Assembly (NCBI GenBank): GCA_964384235.1
Contig: CAYLJX010000002.1
Coordinates: forward strand, 114,660 to 178,659
Source: an uncultured Bdellovibrionales bacterium
GTDB lineage: Bacteria > Patescibacteriota > Minisyncoccia > Moranbacterales > UBA1568
Direction: 5' to 3'
DNA: 64,000 bases
This document shows positions 36,271 through 47,833 of this stretch, piece by piece. Made by a program: the position numbers and the translations under genes. Numbering within the stretch: position 1 is the first letter of the stretch; every line of letters begins with the position of its first letter. Under the pieces are notes generated by a model. That model was given only the letters and a program-made list of their open reading frames with translations. It was not told the origin of the DNA and did not search any database.

Positions 36271-37686
36271 ATGTCGCAAGAAAATAACGCGCAACTGATG
36301 GACAAGATCGTCTCTCTCGCCAAGCGCCGAGGATTCGTGTTTCCGTCATCGGAAATCTACGGCGGTTTCGCGGCGGTCTATGACTTCGGACCGTATGGCG
36401 TGGAGCTCGCCAAGAACATCCGCGAGGCGTGGTGGAAGGCGATGGTGTACGAACACGACAACATCGTCGGGCTCGACAGCGCCATCTTCATGCATCCGAA
36501 GGTCTGGGAAGCATCCGGTCATGTCGGCGGTTTCAGCGATCCTTTGGCTGAGTGCAAGGAGTGTCATACCCGCGTGCGCGTCGATCATCTCCTCGAAGAA
36601 GCGGGTGTCTTCGCGGACGAAAAGATGAGTGAGACGGAAATCAATGAACTCTTTCGGTCCGTCCGTGACAAAGTGAAGTGTCCCAAGTGCGGTAACAAAA
36701 ACTTCTCCGACGCCAAGAAGTTCAATCTCCTCGTCAAATCGAATCTCGGAAACTTCACTGGCGATTGGAATGACAACCCGACCTACCTGCGTGGCGAGAC
36801 GTGCCAGGGTATCTATGTCAATTTCAAGAACGTGCTCGATTCGTCCCGCGTCAAGGTACCCTTCGGCATCGCACAGATCGGCAAGGCGTTCCGCAACGAA
36901 ATCACGGCGCGGCAGTTCATCTTCCGCAAGCGCGAGTTCGAACAGATGGAGATGCAGTACTTCGTCCGACCGGAAGAAGCCGAAGCGACCTACGAGGAGT
37001 GGCGCAAGAAGCGTTTTCAGTACTATCTCGACCTCGGATTGAAAGCGGAAAATCTCCGCTGGCACGAGCATGAGAACCTCGTCTTCTATGCCAAGGCGGC
37101 CTGGGATATCGAGTATAACTTTCCCTTCGGCTTCAAGGAGCTCGAAGGTATCCACAACCGAAGCGATTACGACCTCACGCAGCATTCCAAATTCTCCGGT
37201 GTCGATCTTTCCTATCGTGACCCGCAGACCGGCGAGAAGTATATCCCGTGGATCGTGGAAACGTCGGTCGGTCTCGATCGGACGTTCCTCGCGGTGTTGA
37301 CCGATGCGTACACGGAGGAACAAGTCGGGGAGGGTGACACTCGTGTCGTCCTGAAATTTCCGAAGTCGCTCGCGCCGGTACAGGTGGCGGTGTTCCCGCT
37401 TCTCAAGAACAAGCCGGAGCTCGTGGAGAAGGCACGCGAGGTATACACCATGCTCAAGAAGGAGTTCCGCTCTGAATGGGATGACAATGGTAATGTCGGC
37501 AAGCGCTACCGCCGTCAGGACGAGATCGGCACACCGTACTGCGTCACCATCGACTTCGACACGTTGGGTGCTGGCACGGATGCATCCCTTACCGGTACCG
37601 TCACCGTCCGCGACCGCGACACGATGCAGCAGACCCGTATCGCCATCGCTGACTTGCAGAAGTATTTTTCCGAGAACCTCTCGTAA
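36271..37686 (+). CDS. glyQS: glycyl-tRNA synthetase, dimeric class II type
   Basis: FVFPSSEIYGGFAAVYDFGPYGVELAKNIREAWW, class II motifs 2 and 3 (FRNEITARQFIFRKREFEQMEMQYF). Confidence 0.9.
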   Translation: MSQENNAQLMDKIVSLAKRRGFVFPSSEIYGGFAAVYDFGPYGVELAKNIREAWWKAMVYEHDNIVGLDSAIFMHPKVWEASGHVGGFSDPLAECKECHTRVRVDHLLEEAGVFADEKMSETEINELFRSVRDKVKCPKCGNKNFSDAKKFNLLVKSNLGNFTGDWNDNPTYLRGETCQGIYVNFKNVLDSSRVKVPFGIAQIGKAFRNEITARQFIFRKREFEQMEMQYFVRPEEAEATYEEWRKKRFQYYLDLGLKAENLRWHEHENLVFYAKAAWDIEYNFPFGFKELEGIHNRSDYDLTQHSKFSGVDLSYRDPQTGEKYIPWIVETSVGLDRTFLAVLTDAYTEEQVGEGDTRVVLKFPKSLAPVQVAVFPLLKNKPELVEKAREVYTMLKKEFRSEWDDNGNVGKRYRRQDEIGTPYCVTIDFDTLGAGTDASLTGTVTVRDRDTMQQTRIAIADLQKYFSENLS

Positions 37687-37783
37687 AAAGTAGAACCACC
37701 ACTCGTCCGAAAAAATCGGACAACGTAGATTAGATTTTCAGATATACCTGATACATACTACGTAATACATAATACTGACGGGA

Positions 37784-39055
37784 ATGAAATACCAGAAACA
37801 CACGTTGAAGAACGGGTTGCGGGTGATCCTCGCGCCGATGCAGGAGACGGAGACGGCGACGGTCATCGTCATGACGGGTGTCGGCTCGCGCTACGAGACG
37901 AGGCAGGAGAACGGTCTCGCACACTTTCTCGAGCATATGTTCTTCAAGGGAACCGAGAAGCGTCCGACCGCCATGGACATTTCCAAGGAGCTCGACGCCA
38001 TCGGGGCCGAGTACAACGCCTACACCGGCAAGGACCGCACGGCCTACTACGCCAAGGTGGAGGCGCACCATTGGGAGACGGCGCTCGACGTGGTGAGCGA
38101 CCTCTTCCTCAATGCCAAGATCGAACAGGAGGAGATCGATCGCGAACGCGGTCCGGTCATTCAGGAGCTCAACATGTACGAGGACACGCCCATGCGTCAC
38201 ATCGGTGATCTCTGGGAACTTCATCTCTACGGCGACCATCCCTTGGGCTGGGAGATCATCGGACCCAAGGAAAATCTCCGGCGGTTCCAGCGCCAGGACT
38301 TTATCAAGTACCTGAGCCGCGGCTACGTAGCCGAGAACGTCGTCATCGGCGTCGCCGGAAAGATCGATCCCAAGAAAGTAAAGAAAGAGATCGAAAAGCA
38401 TTTCGCAAAGATCCGCACCGGTAAGAAACCGACCTTCAAGAAAGCGGATGACAAACAGTCGAAACCCGGTCTCTATATCCAGCACAAGAAGACCGACCAG
38501 ACTCACATGATCCTCGGCGTACGCTCCTATGATATGTACCACAAGGACCGCTACGTCCTCTCGGTACTCTCGACGATCCTCGGCGGGGGGATGTCCTCGC
38601 GGCTCTTCATGGCGGTGCGTGAGCGAAGAGGTTTGGCTTACAGTGTGCACACCATGGTGGAGAACTACCACGACGCCGGCTATCTCGCCACGCAGTGCGG
38701 TGTGGAGCATGAGAATCTCGAGCAGACCATCCGGGTCATCCTCGACGAGTACCGACAGATCGCGACGGAGCTGGTCGACAAGGAAGAGCTCAAGAAGGCC
38801 AAAGAATACATCAAGGGCAAGATGGCGATGAGCTTCGAGGGGTCGGACGACGTGGCGGAGTACCTCGTCACGCAGGAAACCATTCGAAACGAGATCGTCC
38901 TCCCCAAGGAAAAACGGAAAATGATCGACCAGGTGACGGCGGAGGACGTACTCCGCGTCGCCAAGGATATCTTCGTCAATAAGAGATTGAATTTGGCGAT
39001 CATCGGCCCGCACGCGTCCGAAGCGAAGCTTCGGAAAATATTGAATGTAGAATAG
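37784..39055 (+). CDS. M16-family (pitrilysin-like) zinc peptidase
   Basis: Inverted zinc motif HFLEHMFFKGT (HxxEH) and downstream E. Confidence 0.8.
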   Translation: MKYQKHTLKNGLRVILAPMQETETATVIVMTGVGSRYETRQENGLAHFLEHMFFKGTEKRPTAMDISKELDAIGAEYNAYTGKDRTAYYAKVEAHHWETALDVVSDLFLNAKIEQEEIDRERGPVIQELNMYEDTPMRHIGDLWELHLYGDHPLGWEIIGPKENLRRFQRQDFIKYLSRGYVAENVVIGVAGKIDPKKVKKEIEKHFAKIRTGKKPTFKKADDKQSKPGLYIQHKKTDQTHMILGVRSYDMYHKDRYVLSVLSTILGGGMSSRLFMAVRERRGLAYSVHTMVENYHDAGYLATQCGVEHENLEQTIRVILDEYRQIATELVDKEELKKAKEYIKGKMAMSFEGSDDVAEYLVTQETIRNEIVLPKEKRKMIDQVTAEDVLRVAKDIFVNKRLNLAIIGPHASEAKLRKILNVE

Positions 39056-39089
39056 ATTGTCATTCCCGCGGAGACGGGAATCCAGGAAT

Positions 39090-40115
39090 ATGACGATTGA
39101 TGAAAGAGTAGAAACCGGAACCAAGCTTCTCATCCGTGCGGCGCTCATCGTGGCAGGGATTTACGTTCTTTACCTCATCCGGGACGTGGTGTTGTTGACG
39201 CTCTTCGCGGTGCTCGCGGCAGCGGCACTCGCGCCGCTTATCGTCAAACTCTCCCGGTATGGTCTCTCCCGGACGGCTTCCGTGATCATCGTCTATATGG
39301 TGATCTTTCTCGGTGGGACGGCGCTTCTTATCGCATTCCTGCCGGTACTCTTCTCCGAAATCAAGGAATTTCTCTCGAATTGGCCCAAGTATGCCGAGAG
39401 CATAGGAGGGATGCTTGCTGGGTGGGAATCATATTTTCACAGTATCGGTATCGGTTTCGAGAAGGAAGTCTTTTTTCAGGACATCGAGCAGAGCGTGACG
39501 GAAACGGTGGGGAATCTCTTCTCGACGACACTCAGTCTTTTCCAGGGGTTCATACACTTCATCGGGTTCTTCTTCCTCTCGCTCTATCTCTCCCTCGAGG
39601 AGCGCGGTATCGAGAAATTCTTCCTGCTCCTCACGCCGGAGCATTACCATGAGCACGCGCTTTCGATCGTCTCACGGATGCGTGACAAGGCGAGCCAGTG
39701 GCTCTTCGGGCAGACGCTTCTCATCCTCATCGCGTTCGGCATCTACGCTATCGGGCTCTCCGCCATCGGTATTCCCTACGCGCTCGCCATCGCGCTCTTC
39801 GGCGCTCTCATGGAGATCCTGCCGTATATCGGACCGGTGCTCGCGGCTATCCCGGCCATCCTCTCGGGACTTTTCGTCTCGCCGGGTCTCGCCATCGCGG
39901 CACTGGTGTTCTATATCATCGCGCATCAGCTCGAGGCTCACATCATCGCGCCGCAGGTCATGAAACGATCTGCCTCGCTCAATCCGGTGGCCTTCATCAT
40001 CGCGGTCCTGGTAGGCGCACAGCTCGGCGGTCCCTTGGGCATCGTCCTCGCGGTCCCGATCACGATGATGATGACGGTGTTCGTGGACGATCTTCTTATC
40101 AAGCGAAACGCGTAA
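39090..40115 (+). CDS. AI-2E family transporter (second copy)
   Basis: Polytopic. C-terminal block IAHQLEAHIIAPQVMKRSASLNPVAFIIAVLVGAQLGGPLGIVLAVP. ATG at 39090 within the TTG-initiated track ORF. Confidence 0.65.
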   Translation: MTIDERVETGTKLLIRAALIVAGIYVLYLIRDVVLLTLFAVLAAAALAPLIVKLSRYGLSRTASVIIVYMVIFLGGTALLIAFLPVLFSEIKEFLSNWPKYAESIGGMLAGWESYFHSIGIGFEKEVFFQDIEQSVTETVGNLFSTTLSLFQGFIHFIGFFFLSLYLSLEERGIEKFFLLLTPEHYHEHALSIVSRMRDKASQWLFGQTLLILIAFGIYAIGLSAIGIPYALAIALFGALMEILPYIGPVLAAIPAILSGLFVSPGLAIAALVFYIIAHQLEAHIIAPQVMKRSASLNPVAFIIAVLVGAQLGGPLGIVLAVPITMMMTVFVDDLLIKRNA

Positions 40116-40118
40116 CGT

Positions 40119-40799
40119 ATGGAATCTTCCGGAACACTGTTTGTTGTCGCGACGCCGATCGGCAACCTCGGAGACATCACGCTTCGCGCGCTCGAGACGT
40201 TCAAGTCCGTTGATGCGATCCTCTGCGAGGACACGCGCGTGACGGGGAAACTTTTGAAACACTACGAGATCTCCAAGCCGCTCGTCTCGTGCCACGAGCA
40301 TACCGACCGGGAGAAACTCGGGAGCCTTGTGGAGCGGATGCAGCGAGGGGAAAACATGGCGCTCGTCACCGACGCCGGGACGCCGGGACTCTCCGATCCG
40401 GGGAACCTCCTCGTGTCGCTCGCGCGGGAGGGAGAGATAGCAGTCGTGCCGATCCCGGGTGTGTCGGCCCTCGGGGCGATCGTCTCGGTCGCGGGGATCG
40501 ATATGCGCGAATTTCTTTTCAAGGGGTTCCCGCCCCACAAGAAGGGACGGCAGACGTTTTTCACGGAAGTGGCAGAGAGCCAGGTACCGGTCGTCTACTA
40601 CGACTCCGTGCACCGTGTGGTCAAGAATATGGAACTCCTTTCGACGCTCGCACCGGAGAAAAGGGTGATCATCGGCCGAGAACTGACCAAGATGTTCGAG
40701 GAAGTCACGACAGGGAGCGTCGTCGAGGCCAAAGAGTTTTTTGAAAAGAATCAGGGGAAAGTGAAAGGAGAATTCGTCGTGATAGCGTATAATAAATGA
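40119..40799 (+). CDS. rsmI: 16S rRNA (cytidine1402-2'-O)-methyltransferase
   Basis: LFVVATPIGNLGDITLRALETFKSVDAILCEDTR (tetrapyrrole-methylase-fold RsmI signature). Confidence 0.75.
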   Translation: MESSGTLFVVATPIGNLGDITLRALETFKSVDAILCEDTRVTGKLLKHYEISKPLVSCHEHTDREKLGSLVERMQRGENMALVTDAGTPGLSDPGNLLVSLAREGEIAVVPIPGVSALGAIVSVAGIDMREFLFKGFPPHKKGRQTFFTEVAESQVPVVYYDSVHRVVKNMELLSTLAPEKRVIIGRELTKMFEEVTTGSVVEAKEFFEKNQGKVKGEFVVIAYNK

Positions 40800-40844
40800 T
40801 GAAGCCCGGCGTTCGTTTGAACATTCCGGGCTCCGGGTCACTCG

Positions 40845-41005
40845 ACGAGGCTGATCACCCAGTCGAGTCCGATGGTGAGGCCGCCGCCTACGACGACCAT
40901 CAGAGTGATGAGGCCGCCGACAAGTAGGAGAGCCTTGGTCAACGGGGACATCTCGCGGCGGGTTTGGTTGGACTCCCTCCAGCCGCGATTGTGCATCAGA
41001 TTCAT
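40845..41005 (-). CDS. small hydrophobic protein (about 53 aa), hypothetical
   Basis: Minus-strand ORF MNLMHNRGWRESNQTRREMSPLTKALLLVGGLITLMVVVGGGLTIGLDWVISLVE, convergent between rsmI and metG. Shorter than the track threshold. Confidence 0.25.
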
Positions 41006-41098
41006 TTTCTGCCTCCTCGTTGGTTGCGCTAAAAGGTACTGCTATACTACAAAACAATCCATTATACACCTAAAATCCGTAAAAGTCAAGCAGAGAAT

Positions 41099-42556
41099 AT
41101 GGAAAATACCGAAAATAAGCCAGCCCGCATCGCTACGCGAAGCGTTGCTGGCGGGCCATTTTTTATTACGACACCCATCTATTACGTGAACGGGCGGCCC
41201 CATATCGGCCATGCCTATACGACCGTGGCGGCGGACTGTCTCGCTCGGTTCAAACGTCTTCAGGGGGAAGAAATCTTCTTCTCGACGGGAACGGACGAGC
41301 ACGGGATGAAGATACAGAAAAAGGCCGAGGAAGAAGGGAAAGAGACAAGTGTCTTCGTCGACGGGATCGCGGAAACGTTCCGAGACCTCTGGGAGAAACT
41401 CGGTATCAGCTATACGCGGTTCATCCGCACGACCGAGCCGGCACACAAGGCAGCGGTACAAAAGGTGCTCCAGGATTTCTATGACCGTGGCATCATCTAC
41501 AAGGGTTTTTACGAGGGACTCTACTGCGCCGGCTGCGAACAGTTCAAGATCGCGGACGATCTGGTCGATGGCAAGTGTCCCGACCATGGCACCGTTCCGG
41601 AGCTCATGAAAGAGGAGAGCTACGTCATGAAGATGACCGTCATGCAGGACGAGCTCATCCGAAGAATCGAGCAGGACGAGCTGTATGTCGCACCGGAGAA
41701 ATACAAGACGGAAATATTGTCTTTCCTCAAAGGCGAACGGCTCGAGGATATCTCCATCTCACGCAAGAACGTCCGGTGGGGGATACCGCTTCCTTTCGAT
41801 GGGACGCATACGACGTACGTGTGGGTGGACGCTTTCCTTAATTACCTCACGGTGCTCGGTTGGGACGGGAACAGGGAGAGCGTTCCGCGAGAGTGGCCGG
41901 CCGACGTGCAGTTCATCGGCAAGGATATCCTCCGCGTGCATGCCACCATCTGGCCGGTGATTCTCATGCACCTCGGGTTCCCCACGCAGAAAGTCCTCTT
42001 CACGCACGGATTCATCCTCTCCGGTGGCAAGAAGATGAGCAAGACCCTCGGGAACGTCATCTCACCCGACGAGATGATCGAGCGCTTCGGTGCCGACGGG
42101 ACGAGGTACCTCCTCATGAGTGCCGGACGTTTCGGTGAGGATATCGATTTGACGCTTGAGCGCGCGACGGAGAAATACAACGCCGACCTCGCGAACGGTC
42201 TCGGCAACCTGGTTTCGCGCGTGATGAAGCTCGCGGAGAGTTCATCGAACGTAAGCTATCCGCTCGTCACGGGATGGCCTGAGGAGTTCGTCCTGTATAT
42301 GGGCGCGTGCTCCCTGTATGAGGCGCTCGAATCCGTGATGGACCGGGTGCGCGCCATGAACAAGAAGATCGACGACGCCAAACCATGGGTCTTAGTGAAA
42401 GAAGACAAACCGAAATTCGAGGAAGTCATGAACGGGTTCCTCGCCGAACTCAACGAACTCTCGTTCCTGCTGCAGCCGTTCCTCCCGGAAACCGCCCAAA
42501 AAATCCAAACCGCCCTCACGGAAGGCAAAACCGAACCACTTTTTAAGAGAATCTAG
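41099..42556 (+). CDS. metG: methionyl-tRNA synthetase
   Basis: PIYYVNGRPHIGHAYT (HIGH), KMSKTLGN, Zn-knuckle CAGCEQF...CPDHG. Confidence 0.9.
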   Translation: MENTENKPARIATRSVAGGPFFITTPIYYVNGRPHIGHAYTTVAADCLARFKRLQGEEIFFSTGTDEHGMKIQKKAEEEGKETSVFVDGIAETFRDLWEKLGISYTRFIRTTEPAHKAAVQKVLQDFYDRGIIYKGFYEGLYCAGCEQFKIADDLVDGKCPDHGTVPELMKEESYVMKMTVMQDELIRRIEQDELYVAPEKYKTEILSFLKGERLEDISISRKNVRWGIPLPFDGTHTTYVWVDAFLNYLTVLGWDGNRESVPREWPADVQFIGKDILRVHATIWPVILMHLGFPTQKVLFTHGFILSGGKKMSKTLGNVISPDEMIERFGADGTRYLLMSAGRFGEDIDLTLERATEKYNADLANGLGNLVSRVMKLAESSSNVSYPLVTGWPEEFVLYMGACSLYEALESVMDRVRAMNKKIDDAKPWVLVKEDKPKFEEVMNGFLAELNELSFLLQPFLPETAQKIQTALTEGKTEPLFKRI

Positions 42557-42560
42557 AGAC

Positions 42561-42656
42561 ATGTAGAAAGTATCATGTAGTATGTATCATGTATGGGATA
42601 GAATGCGTGATACCGAATACAAGATACTTGATACATAATACGATATACATAATACG
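42561..42656. repeat. GTAT/ATAC-rich intergenic repeat (one of six copies)
   Basis: catgtagaaagtatcatgtagtatgtatcatgtatgggatagaatgcgtgataccgaatacaagatacttgatacataatacgatatacataatacg. Shares TACATAATAC / GTATTATGTA and GATACCGAATAC modules with copies at about 23156, 26789, 37741, 48755 and 57118. Confidence 0.55.
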
Positions 42657-43502
42657 ATGCTTGATATCCATACCCATCTCTATTGGAAGGACTTCGATGA
42701 GGATCGGGACGATGTCGTCCTGCGGGCGAGGGCGGCCGGCGTGTCGAAGATGATCTCCGTCGGGACGGATATGGAGACGAGCCGGCAGGCTATCCAGATA
42801 GCGGAGGCGCATGAGGGGATATGGGCGAGTATCGGTATTCATCCGCACGAGTTCAACGAGTCCGAGATTTCCCATCTGGAATCCTGGGGGAAGGAATTGC
42901 GGGAGCTTGCGAAGCACCCGAAAGTCATCGGCATAGGCGAGTGCGGCTTGGACTACTTCGGACGCGACCGGGAGGTATCCGACGATGCGAAAGCCAGACA
43001 GAAGGCGGCTTTCCTCATGCAGCTGGAGCTCGCTTCGGAACTCGACCTGCCTCTCATCATCCATACCCGCCCCTCCTCGGATACTCAGGATGCTTACGAA
43101 GATGTCTTTGGTATTTTGAAAGCTAATGCAGCTAGTGAAGCTAGGAAGCTAAAAGCTGTCTTACATTGCTACCAAGGCGATATTGAAGTCACCAAAAAGT
43201 TCCTCGAACTGCCGAACGTGTACTTCTCCTTTGCCGGGAATATTACCTATCCGGTGAAACAGGCGCTCGTCGGAACCAAGGATGACCTTACGGAAACCGT
43301 AAAACTCGTGCCACTCGAGAGACTCTTCACCGAGACGGATTGCCCCTTCCTTGCGCCGCAGGCGAAGCGGGGAGAGCGCAACGAGCCGAGCTTCGTGCAG
43401 TACGTCGTGGAAAAGGCGGCGGAACTGCATGGTACGGATATGGACGGCATCGCGTCGCAGACCGAGCGGAATTTCGAGCGCGTGTTCGGTGTGGTATCAT
43501 GA
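42657..43502 (+). CDS. tatD: TatD-family metal-dependent DNase/hydrolase
   Basis: MLDIHTHLYWKDF (HxH), downstream His/Glu/Asp ligands, 281 aa. Confidence 0.8.
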   Translation: MLDIHTHLYWKDFDEDRDDVVLRARAAGVSKMISVGTDMETSRQAIQIAEAHEGIWASIGIHPHEFNESEISHLESWGKELRELAKHPKVIGIGECGLDYFGRDREVSDDAKARQKAAFLMQLELASELDLPLIIHTRPSSDTQDAYEDVFGILKANAASEARKLKAVLHCYQGDIEVTKKFLELPNVYFSFAGNITYPVKQALVGTKDDLTETVKLVPLERLFTETDCPFLAPQAKRGERNEPSFVQYVVEKAAELHGTDMDGIASQTERNFERVFGVVS

Positions 43503-43517
43503 GTACGTGTAACTCTT

Positions 43518-43958
43518 TTGAAACGATCTATGTTTGGAAGACTTTTTGGGAAAAAATCTGAAGTTCCAGCAAACGGAATGGAAAAACCGAAGCTGGTGCA
43601 GCCCGGGGAAGTGTCAGAACCGCAAGGCAAGGTGGAAGATAGGATTCTTCGCAGGGAAATCCCGGCTCATAACCCAGGGTTTGATGATACGGATCTGACA
43701 AAGCAAGGGGAAGAGGAACAAGCCGGAGCAAAAGATTCGATCTACGAGCTCCCGACGAGGGACAAGATATATAAGGATTGGCAAAAAGGAGCGGCGGATA
43801 CGACTCCTCCGGAGGAAGGTGCAAATGCTCATGTGGAACTTCCAGCTGCAGGGGAGGACACGAGGGTCGAGAGGGAGAAATTATTGGATCGCATCCGGGG
43901 AATGAAGACTGACTTGCCGGAAAAGAGTGATGACACGGATAAAAGGCTCGCCGCATAG
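43518..43958 (+). CDS. hypothetical charged low-complexity protein
   Basis: No motifs. Highly charged E/K/D-rich. Confidence 0.35.
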   Translation: MKRSMFGRLFGKKSEVPANGMEKPKLVQPGEVSEPQGKVEDRILRREIPAHNPGFDDTDLTKQGEEEQAGAKDSIYELPTRDKIYKDWQKGAADTTPPEEGANAHVELPAAGEDTRVEREKLLDRIRGMKTDLPEKSDDTDKRLAA

Positions 43959-44107
43959 CCTGAAATATCTCGGAGGTTTGACGGTTTTCGTTTTCGGACG
44001 TATACTGGAAGCGCTTTTTTGAAGGCGTGAAGCCTTACAAAAGCGCTTTTTTGTTTAGCCGTATTCTCGTTGTCGGTTGTGAGTTGTAAGTCGTGAGTCA
44101 TTAAGAC

Positions 44108-44860
44108 ATGGAAGTCTCGATTGCTGCGGAAAAACTGTTCAGTCTGGGGAACTTTCCGGTGACCAACGCCTTTTTCATCGGTCTTTTGGTGAGTTTTATT
44201 CTCATCGTCGCGACGCAGCTTGTGGTCCGCAGGAAGCGGTTGGTGCCGCGCGGCCTCCAGAACGTCTTTGAGCTCGTACTGGAAGGACTCCTCTCCCTCA
44301 TCGAAGGCGTGACGCAGGACAAGGCGCAGGCCAAGAAGTTTTTTCCTCTCATCGTGACCATTTTCCTCTTTGTCCTGCTCTCCAACTGGGTCGGTCTCCT
44401 GCCGGGCATGGGGACGGTCGGCCTCGCGCATGGCGAGGGAGAACACGCGACGATCATCCCGTTCCTGCGGAGCACCTCGGCCGATCTCAACTTCACCATG
44501 GCGCTCTCGCTCATCGCGGTCCTGACGACGCAGTTCACCGGGATCGCCGCACTCGGTGTCGTGCGGTACGGCAAGAAATTCCTCGTGAGTCCCTTCCACA
44601 AGCCGTACGGTCTCGGTACCTTCATGGGACTCCTGGAGCTTATCAGTGAGTTCGCCAAGTTTCTCTCCTTTTCCTTCCGTCTGTTCGGCAATATCTTCGC
44701 CGGCGAGATCCTCCTTACGGTGATGCTCCATCTGGTGCCGTACTTCCTGCCGCTCCCGTTCCTTTTTCTCGAGATCTTCGTCGGGTTCATCCAGGCGGTG
44801 GTCTTTGCGATGCTGACCTTGGTGTTCATGAAGATGGCGACACTCGAAGCGGAACACTAA
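44108..44860 (+). CDS. atpB: ATP synthase F0 subunit a
   Basis: FRLFGNIFAGEILL with the conserved Arg, 5 TM helices. Confidence 0.85.
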   Translation: MEVSIAAEKLFSLGNFPVTNAFFIGLLVSFILIVATQLVVRRKRLVPRGLQNVFELVLEGLLSLIEGVTQDKAQAKKFFPLIVTIFLFVLLSNWVGLLPGMGTVGLAHGEGEHATIIPFLRSTSADLNFTMALSLIAVLTTQFTGIAALGVVRYGKKFLVSPFHKPYGLGTFMGLLELISEFAKFLSFSFRLFGNIFAGEILLTVMLHLVPYFLPLPFLFLEIFVGFIQAVVFAMLTLVFMKMATLEAEH

Positions 44861-44930
44861 AAAAGAAGTCAAAAGTCAAAGGTGAAAAGTCAAAAGTCCA
44901 AGTCGAAATTCAAAAGTTTGAATTGAAAAA
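44861..44930. repeat. AAAGTC(A/C) direct-repeat tract between atpB and atpE
   Basis: aaaaagaagtcaaaagtcaaaggtgaaaagtcaaaagtccaagtcgaaattcaaaagtttgaattg. Related tracts at about 6746-6778 (inverted), 16921-16950 and 19571-19600. Confidence 0.5.
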
Positions 44931-44999
44931 TATGGACAAGAGTAGAAAAACGCTCTACAATGGGAAATCAGTAATCAAATAAGTAATCAGTTTTAATAA

Positions 45000-45233
<234 letters not shown>

Positions 45234-45239
45234 GATTAT

Positions 45240-45312
45240 TATCCGGTTAAAAAGTTAAAAGGTTAACAGGTTTAGGAATCCAAACCCGTTAACTCGTTAA
45301 CCTGCAACTGTC
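45240..45312. repeat. GTTAAC-rich intergenic repeat (copy 3), between atpE and atpF
   Basis: atccggttaaaaagttaaaaggttaacaggtttaggaatccaaacccgttaactcgttaacctgcaactg. Confidence 0.55.
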
Positions 45313-45325
45313 TAACTGAATCATC

Positions 45326-45814
45326 ATGGAAGCGCTCGCAAATCTCGGTGTCGATTGGAAGCTGTTCCTGGCGCAGGTCGTCAACTTCGTCGTGCTTCTC
45401 TTTATCCTGCGCCGGTATGCCTACCGGCCGATGCTTGAGTTTCTCGAGAAGCGGAGCTCCCGTATCGAACAGGGACTGAAGGACGCCGAGGCGGCCCAGG
45501 CGAAGCTTCGGGAGATGGAAGAGAAGGAGAAAGAAGTACTCTCTGCCGCTCGTCATGAGGCCAAGGGTATCCTCACCGCGGCTGAAGAGACTGCCAAGAA
45601 GCATGGCGAAACGATCGTCGCCAAGACGGAGGCGGAGGTGAAGCGCATGCTCGCGGAAGCCGAGAAGAAGATCGCTGAGGAAAAGGAGAAGCTCCTCGCG
45701 GAAGCGAAGCAGGAAATCGCCGAGACGGTGATGCTTGCGGTAGAAAAGGTGGTGCGCGAGAAAGTGGATACGACCAAGGACAAGGAACTCATCGAAACCG
45801 CGATACGCTCATGA
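45326..45814 (+). CDS. atpF: ATP synthase F0 subunit b
   Basis: N-terminal TM helix then long coiled coil, typical b subunit. Confidence 0.8.
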   Translation: MEALANLGVDWKLFLAQVVNFVVLLFILRRYAYRPMLEFLEKRSSRIEQGLKDAEAAQAKLREMEEKEKEVLSAARHEAKGILTAAEETAKKHGETIVAKTEAEVKRMLAEAEKKIAEEKEKLLAEAKQEIAETVMLAVEKVVREKVDTTKDKELIETAIRS

Positions 45815-46209
45815 GACCGACAGCAGCCCAGTATGCCAAGACTCTCAAGGCTCTTTCCCAGGAAGGTGGCTCCGATGCGGTGATGCTCGTCAAGGATTTT
45901 CTCTCGATGCTCAAGCGGCGTGGGGAAATGAAGAAGCTTGGGAGCATCCTGAAGTATCTCGAAAAGCTGGAGCAGGAAGAGAAGAATGAGATTTCCGTCA
46001 CAGCAACACTCGCACATGAGACCGACGAGACGATGAAGCAGACAATCGCTTCTCAGGCAAAAAAACTGTTTCCCGGAAAGAATGTTTCGCTCGAGTATGC
46101 TCTCGACCCGGCCCTTATCGGCGGTGTCAGACTCCGCACAGACGAAACTTTGTATGATGCCAGTGTGGCTGCGAATCTTCGCGCTTTGAAAAAAACTTTG
46201 GTTAATTAA
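45811..46209 (+). CDS. atpH: ATP synthase F1 delta subunit (short form)
   Basis: Position between b and alpha. C-terminal IGGVRLRTDETLYDASV matches the delta/OSCP C-terminus. Confidence 0.7.
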   Translation: MRPTAAQYAKTLKALSQEGGSDAVMLVKDFLSMLKRRGEMKKLGSILKYLEKLEQEEKNEISVTATLAHETDETMKQTIASQAKKLFPGKNVSLEYALDPALIGGVRLRTDETLYDASVAANLRALKKTLVN

Positions 46210-46255
46210 TTCTCTCTTTTCTCTAAAATTCCTAACCTCCTAACTCCTTCCCCAT

Positions 46256-47755
<1,500 letters not shown>

Positions 47756-47822
47756 CAGTTAACAAGTTAAAAGGTTAACAGCTTAAGAAAGCTTGTTAAC
47801 TTGTGAACTCGTTAACCGAATA
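47756..47822. repeat. GTTAAC-rich intergenic repeat (copy 4), between atpA and atpG
   Basis: cagttaacaagttaaaaggttaacagcttaagaaagcttgttaacttgtgaactcgttaaccg. Confidence 0.55.
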
Positions 47823-47833
47823 ACTGAAGGATT

